Part shown: one piece after another, positions 7,996 through 11,899 of the stretch
Layout of the letters: each line of letters begins with the position of its first letter
Numbering within the stretch: position 1 is the first letter of the stretch
Origin: a candidate division WOR-3 bacterium
Lineage (GTDB): Bacteria; Hydrothermota; Tepidihabitantia; Tepidihabitantales; Tepidihabitantaceae
Length of the DNA: 11,899 nt
Assembly (NCBI GenBank): GCA_020352555.1
Contig: CP070680.1
Coordinates: forward strand, 558,091-569,989
Direction of reading: 5' to 3'
Position numbers and translations under genes: made by a program
Notes under the pieces: model-generated
Told to the model about the DNA's origin: nothing
Databases searched by the model: none
What the model saw: the letters and a program-made list of their open reading frames with translations, nothing else

Positions 7996-9999
7996 ATGGT
8001 CGGCGCTGTAGAATGGTCACCCTCAGGAGGCCCTCTGAAATACCGATTGCTGACAGTCGCCTGCAGTGCCCTGCTTCCGGTCCTCGCGCCTGCCCGCGCC
8101 GGAGTGGACAACCTTGCCCTGCTCGGCCACAACGAGGTCAACCGCAACCACCTGATGGACGTGGAAATCTCGGGCGATCGGGCGTTCGTCTGCAACGGTC
8201 TAGGCTCCGGCCTCGAACTCTACGACATCTCCGATCCGGGCAACCCGAACCGGACCTGGACCGGCGGCCCGGACTGCTGGCGGGCCCGCGCCTACGGCGA
8301 CTCCGTACTCTTCATGTTCTGCCGCCTCGACGGCACGGTCCGAGTCGGCATCACCGGCACGCCCGCCAGCCGCGGCAACTACAACCCGCCCGGCAACCGC
8401 GAGGCGCTCGAGGGCGGCGCGCTGGTTGGGGACACGCTCTACGCCGCCGCGCACCAGAACGGCATCTACTTCATCGACTGCTCGAGTCCGACGACAGTCA
8501 CCAAGGTCGGCGCGATCTCGCTGGCCCCGACCGCCGCGGCATGGAATGTCGAGGCGCGCGACAGTTTCCTGTTCGTCGCGAACGGCCGACACGGCCTGGC
8601 CGTCATCGGGCTGGCCGGCGCACCCCGCCGAATCGTTGACCTGGCACTGCCGGGGCTGGCCAACGACATTGTGCTCGACGGTGCCGTCGCCGCGATCTCG
8701 CTCGGCGCCGGCGGGTTCGCGACCGTGGACGTATCCGACCCGTACGCCCCGGTCCTGCTCGACGTCGCGGAGACCGGCGGCTCGTGCTGGGGGCTCGGCA
8801 TCACCGGCCACCTCGTCGTGTCCGGCTCGTGGCGCGTGCTCGAACTCTTCGACATCTCGGACCCGGCGAACATCAGGCCGGCCGGCTGGGACAATTCCCA
8901 GACCTGGGCCCACGGCGCCGACATCCGCGCCGACTCGCTGGTCGCCATCGCCGACTGGCGCGGCATGTCGTGCTACCGGGTCGGACCTGACCCGGGCCCG
9001 GACATCGACGTCTGCCCAGAGTATGTCGACTTCGGCGCGGTCTCGAGTGCGGTAGAGACGACGGTCACGGTCCGCAACACCGGCGCCTCCGCGCTCGTCG
9101 TCGGCTCGGTCACGACGCCGGGCGGCATCGACGTCGACCCGGCGTCCTTCACGATTTCGGCCGGCGACTCGCTCAGCGTCGAAGTCAGTGCGGCCGGGAC
9201 CGGCCGGGTCAGCTCAAACATCGTCTTCAACTGCAATGACCCGTTCTACCCGCAGTATCGTGTCGAGGTGCACAAGAACAACTCCGCCTTTCCGCAGTAC
9301 GGTTCGCTGGCGCCCGACTTCACGCTCCTGGGCAGCGACGGCCGTTCGCACACGCTCAGCGATTACCGGGGCCGGGTCGTCTACCTGATGTTCGGCGCCT
9401 CGTGGTGACCGCTCTGCGGGCCGCAGGCTGCGGCCGCGGACGGCTCGATGTTCGAACGCTGGGACAGCTCGCAGGTTGTGATGTTCGCCGTCGGGGCCGA
9501 CAGCCACCAACTCAGTGAGTTCACAGACGTGTTCGGGTGGCGCTCGGTCGGGCTCATCGATCCGTCGAGTTCGCTCTACAGCTCCTGGCGCGTGCCTCAG
9601 CCGCTGGCGCCATACCCGCAGGACTACATCGTCGACCAGGACGGTGTCGTCCGCTACTGGTCGGATCAGTACGATGCCCAGGCGGTGATTCAGACGGTGG
9701 ACCGGCTGCTGGCTACCGGCGTCGGTGAGCGTGCCGGCGGCCCTGACCAGATGCAGCGGCTGCGGCTGACGTTGTCACCGAACCCGGCAGCCGGTGCGGT
9801 TCGGCTGCAGGCGCTCGGTCTGGCCGGCGGTGGAGGTACTGTTGAAGTCTTGGATGTTTCCGGAGCGGTGCTTGACCGGTTCGAGGTCGGTACCGAGAAT
9901 CCATTCACGTGGAGGCCCGAGGCGCCGGCCGGGGTGTACTATTTCCGGCTGGTGTCGGGCGACGACGAAGTTGCGACGCCGTCAGTGCTGGTGCGCTGA
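7996..9999 (+). CDS. T9SS-sorted selenoprotein: signal peptide + LVIVD-repeat beta-propeller + Ig-like (choice-of-anchor-D-like) domain + TlpA-like thioredoxin-fold redoxin with a U-x-x-C active site (TGA 9406..9408 read as selenocysteine) + Por_Secre_tail CTD
   Basis: Track ORFs 7870..9408 and 9448..9999 are in the same frame, with no other stop between them. The TGA lies in ...YRGRVVYLMFGASW-U-PLCG..., which is the WCxxC position of TlpA/ResA-like redoxins. The rest of the fold continues after it (VVMFAVGADSHQ...GLIDPSSSLYSSWRVP...PQDYIVDQDGVVRY). The signal peptide is KYRLLTVACSALLPVLAPARA. Repeated LVIVD motifs include GLELYDISDPGNP, GIYFIDCSSP, GFATVDVSDPYAP and VLELFDISDPANI. The CTD is LSPNPAAGAVRLQ...TVEVLDVSGAVL...PAGVYYFRLVSGDDEVATPSVLVR. 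The start ATG 7996 is uncertain (alternatives below). Confidence 0.7.
9406..9408 (+). other. In-frame UGA recoded as selenocysteine (UxxC redox centre)
   Basis: It falls at the first Cys position of the thioredoxin-fold CxxC motif, and the downstream sequence continues the same domain in frame. TGA is used as a true stop by the HlyD fragment, the glycosyltransferase and this gene's own terminus, so this is not code-wide reassignment. Confidence 0.65.
9414..9439 (+). promoter_or_regulatory. Candidate bacterial SECIS-like hairpin immediately downstream of the UGA
   Basis: CUGC(9414..9417)-G bulge-GGCCGC(9419..9424)-loop AGGCU(9425..9429)-GCGGCC(9430..9435)-GCGG(9436..9439) gives a ~10-bp stem with U·G wobble and one bulge, and a 5-nt apical loop containing GG at +18/+19 from the UGA. 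It was folded by eye only, and the region is GC-rich enough to allow alternative folds. Confidence 0.35.
9757..9996 (+). other. Region encoding the T9SS C-terminal sorting domain of the selenoprotein
   Basis: RLRLTLSPNPAAGAVRLQALGL...TVEVLDVSGAVLDRFEVG...PAGVYYFRLVSGDDEVATPSVLVR* matches the Por_Secre_tail consensus. The boundary is approximate. Confidence 0.6.
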
Positions 10000-10029
10000 C
10001 CACATCGTGTCAAAGACAGGAGGCAGAAC

Positions 10030-11899
10030 TTGAGACTGACCGCACTGCTGATGCTGAGCCTGGTTGCGCTTTCTGTGGGGACAGCCCGCATACCGGGTCC
10101 AGAGGGGCATGAGACCAAGTGGTTCCTGCCGTTGCCGGATCCGCCTCCGGTATTCGCGGAGTCCACCCACGAATACGACACGCGGTTCTTCAGGCTGGAT
10201 GTCAACCTGCCGATGACTTCGGGCGCGATGGACGCCCATGCAGGGATATGGATAGTCAGCGAAGTCGCGGGCCTGGACACAGCGGTTTTCGATTTCCGCA
10301 ACCTGGTGTGCGACTCGGTGAAGCTGAACGATACGATGCTCGGTTTCTCGACGACCTACCTCCAGCTCATGGTGGTGTTCGATGAGCCGCTTGCCTCGGG
10401 TGACTCGGTTCTCCTCGACGTCTTCTACCACCGTACAGCGGGAACGCAGAATCGGGGATTCTACTGGTACGAGCAGGATCCGCCGCGCAACCGGCTGCAC
10501 ACGGTCTGCTACACGCTGACCCAACCCGAGAACGCCCGGTACTGGTTTCCCTGCTGGGACCACCCGTGGGACAAGGCGGAGCGGGGCTGCCAGGTCAACA
10601 TAACGGTGCCGGATTCGTTCACCGCCTGTGCCAACGGCCTGCTCGACAGCACAACCTCGAACAGCGACGGCACCAAGACGTTCTGGTGGACCCACCGGTA
10701 TCCGATCTCGTCCTATCTGGTCAACTTCGGAGCCAGCGTGTTCTCGGTCTGGACCCAGTGGTCGTACCTGCAGAACGGCGATTCGGTTCCGACGGTCAAC
10801 TACATCTGGCCCGAGGACTCGGCGGTTTCTTTGAGCTCGTTCCGGAACGTGCCCAACATGCTCGAGTTCTTCTCTGACTCCATTCGGTTCGGCTTGTACC
10901 CGTTTCCGGAAGAGAAGTACGGCCATCTGGCCGTGTACCCGTTCGGGGCCGGCGGCATGGAACACCAGACGATGACGACCGTGCACCGGCAATGGGTGAC
11001 GCGAGGGTCCGAGTCCGGGATCGCGCACGAGCTCGCCCACATGTGGTACGGTGACTTCCTGACCTGCTTCATCTGGGCCGACATCTGGCTCAACGAGGGC
11101 GGGGCAAGCTACCTGGACCCGCTTTGGATGGAGCATTTCTACGGGCATTCGCGTTTCCTCCAGGACATGGAGGACTACCGGCGGTACTTCCTTCGCTCGG
11201 ATTCGGTGGACCGGCACCCGATATACGACCCGGGTTTGGGCCGGCTGTTTGACTACGGACATACCTACTGCAAGGCGGCGTGGGTGAACCACATGCTGCG
11301 CTATGTCGAGGGTGACACTGTCTTCGACCAGCCCGGGATCTGGTGGCAGACGGAGAGGGCGTACCTGGACAGCTTCGCGTACGGAACCGCGACGACCGAG
11401 GACCGCAAGCGTATCCACGAAGCCCACACCGGACTGGAGCTTGACTGGTTCTTCGACGATTGGGTGTACATGGCCGGGTTCCCCAACTACTCGGTGAACT
11501 GGTTCGGCCGTCACACGACGGACGGCTGGGAAGTCGTAGTCGACATCGGTCAGAACAACGGGGCCCAGGCGCCGGAGTGCTTTCACATGCCGGTTGAGCT
11601 CCTCGTCGGTACCGCGGCAGGAGATACTCTGTTCCACTTCGGCATCACCCAGAACCCCCAGCGCAGCGTGTTCCCGGTTTCGGCAGAGCCGAACAGCGTC
11701 GTGTTCGACCCGGGCAAGTGGATACTGAGCAAGCACACAATCACCAGCGGAATTGAGAATGAGCTCGACCCCGGGGCCGGTGTGAGCCGTCCGACGCTGC
11801 ACTCGGCAGCACCCAACCCGGCTCCGAATGCAGCGATTGTCCGTTTCAGCCTGCCCAATGCCCAGGACGTGAGCGTCCTGGTCTACGACGCGACCGGCC
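10030..11899 (+). CDS. M1-family zinc metallopeptidase (aminopeptidase N-like) with a signal peptide and the start of a T9SS CTD; 3'-partial (runs off the window); TTG start
   Basis: Not in the ORF track because no stop is reached. My own translation from TTG 10030 is open to the window end: (M)RLTALLMLSLVALSVGTARIP (signal peptide) ... ARYWFPCWDHPWDKAERGCQVNITVP ... GAGGMEHQTMTT (GAMEN-type exopeptidase motif) ... HELAHMWYGD (HEXXH) ... WLNEGGASY (third Zn ligand) ... SAAPNPAPNAAIVRFSLPNAQDVSVLVYDATG (CTD onset). A perfect SD AGGAGG at 10018..10023 lies 6 nt before the TTG. The in-frame TGA at 9997..9999 directly upstream leaves TTG as the first possible start. Confidence 0.8.
   Translation, partial: MRLTALLMLSLVALSVGTARIPGPEGHETKWFLPLPDPPPVFAESTHEYDTRFFRLDVNLPMTSGAMDAHAGIWIVSEVAGLDTAVFDFRNLVCDSVKLNDTMLGFSTTYLQLMVVFDEPLASGDSVLLDVFYHRTAGTQNRGFYWYEQDPPRNRLHTVCYTLTQPENARYWFPCWDHPWDKAERGCQVNITVPDSFTACANGLLDSTTSNSDGTKTFWWTHRYPISSYLVNFGASVFSVWTQWSYLQNGDSVPTVNYIWPEDSAVSLSSFRNVPNMLEFFSDSIRFGLYPFPEEKYGHLAVYPFGAGGMEHQTMTTVHRQWVTRGSESGIAHELAHMWYGDFLTCFIWADIWLNEGGASYLDPLWMEHFYGHSRFLQDMEDYRRYFLRSDSVDRHPIYDPGLGRLFDYGHTYCKAAWVNHMLRYVEGDTVFDQPGIWWQTERAYLDSFAYGTATTEDRKRIHEAHTGLELDWFFDDWVYMAGFPNYSVNWFGRHTTDGWEVVVDIGQNNGAQAPECFHMPVELLVGTAAGDTLFHFGITQNPQRSVFPVSAEPNSVVFDPGKWILSKHTITSGIENELDPGAGVSRPTLHSAAPNPAPNAAIVRFSLPNAQDVSVLVYDATG

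Noticed and set aside
7983-9055. ORFs 7983..8639 (+), 8200..8913 (-), 8426..9055 (+), 8466..8966 (-)
   Set aside because: These are alternative frames inside the LVIVD-propeller selenoprotein gene. They are R/P/S-rich GC artifacts.
9406-9408. Alternative readings of the internal TGA: a real stop (split gene or pseudogene by Cys-to-stop mutation) or TGA = Trp/Gly genetic code
   Set aside because: Code reassignment is rejected because TGA cleanly terminates three other genes in the window. A real stop is less likely given the exact CxxC position, the intact downstream fold plus T9SS CTD in frame, and a hairpin after the codon. A very recent TGC/TGT to TGA mutation cannot be excluded without homologs.
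9982-11802. 606-aa minus-strand ORF (the largest in this region in the track)
   Set aside because: It is entirely antisense to the plus-strand M1 peptidase reading frame, which carries unmistakable motifs. Its translation is Arg/Pro/Val-rich low-complexity sequence typical of GC-rich shadow ORFs.
1-11899. CRISPR arrays, tRNA/rRNA genes, IS elements
   Set aside because: No repeat-spacer periodicity was seen. No tRNA-like cloverleaf or T-loop motifs appear in the few intergenic stretches. No transposase-like translations or terminal inverted repeats were found.

Overview
GC-rich bacterial window with high coding density. By reading the translations it contains at least three type IX secretion system (T9SS) cargo genes, each with a signal peptide and a Por_Secre_tail-like C-terminal domain:

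(1) A 1044-aa minus-strand protein at 229..3363 with three CARDB-like repeats and a choice-of-anchor-J/cleaved-adhesin-like domain.

(2) A plus-strand gene that the ORF track splits into 7870..9408 and 9448..9999. It is one reading frame interrupted only by an in-frame TGA at 9406..9408. That TGA sits at the first Cys position of the WCxxC active site of a TlpA-like thioredoxin-fold domain (SW-U-PLC), so I call it a selenocysteine codon. The protein is an LVIVD beta-propeller + Ig-like domain + Sec-redoxin + T9SS CTD. A candidate SECIS hairpin lies 6-31 nt downstream of the TGA.

(3) An M1-family zinc aminopeptidase at 10030..>11899. It is absent from the ORF track because it runs off the window. 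It has a TTG start 6 nt after a perfect AGGAGG, and its large antisense shadow ORF is spurious.

Between these lie a truncated HlyD-family adaptor fragment, an SPFH/band-7 protein, an MFS efflux transporter and a GT-B glycosyltransferase with a TTG start. The start of the window holds the 3' end of an unidentified gene.

TGA is used as a normal stop by at least three genes here, so the internal TGA is site-specific recoding rather than a genetic-code change.

No tRNA, rRNA, CRISPR or obvious IS element was seen. Most other track ORFs are GC-rich alternative-frame or antisense artifacts.
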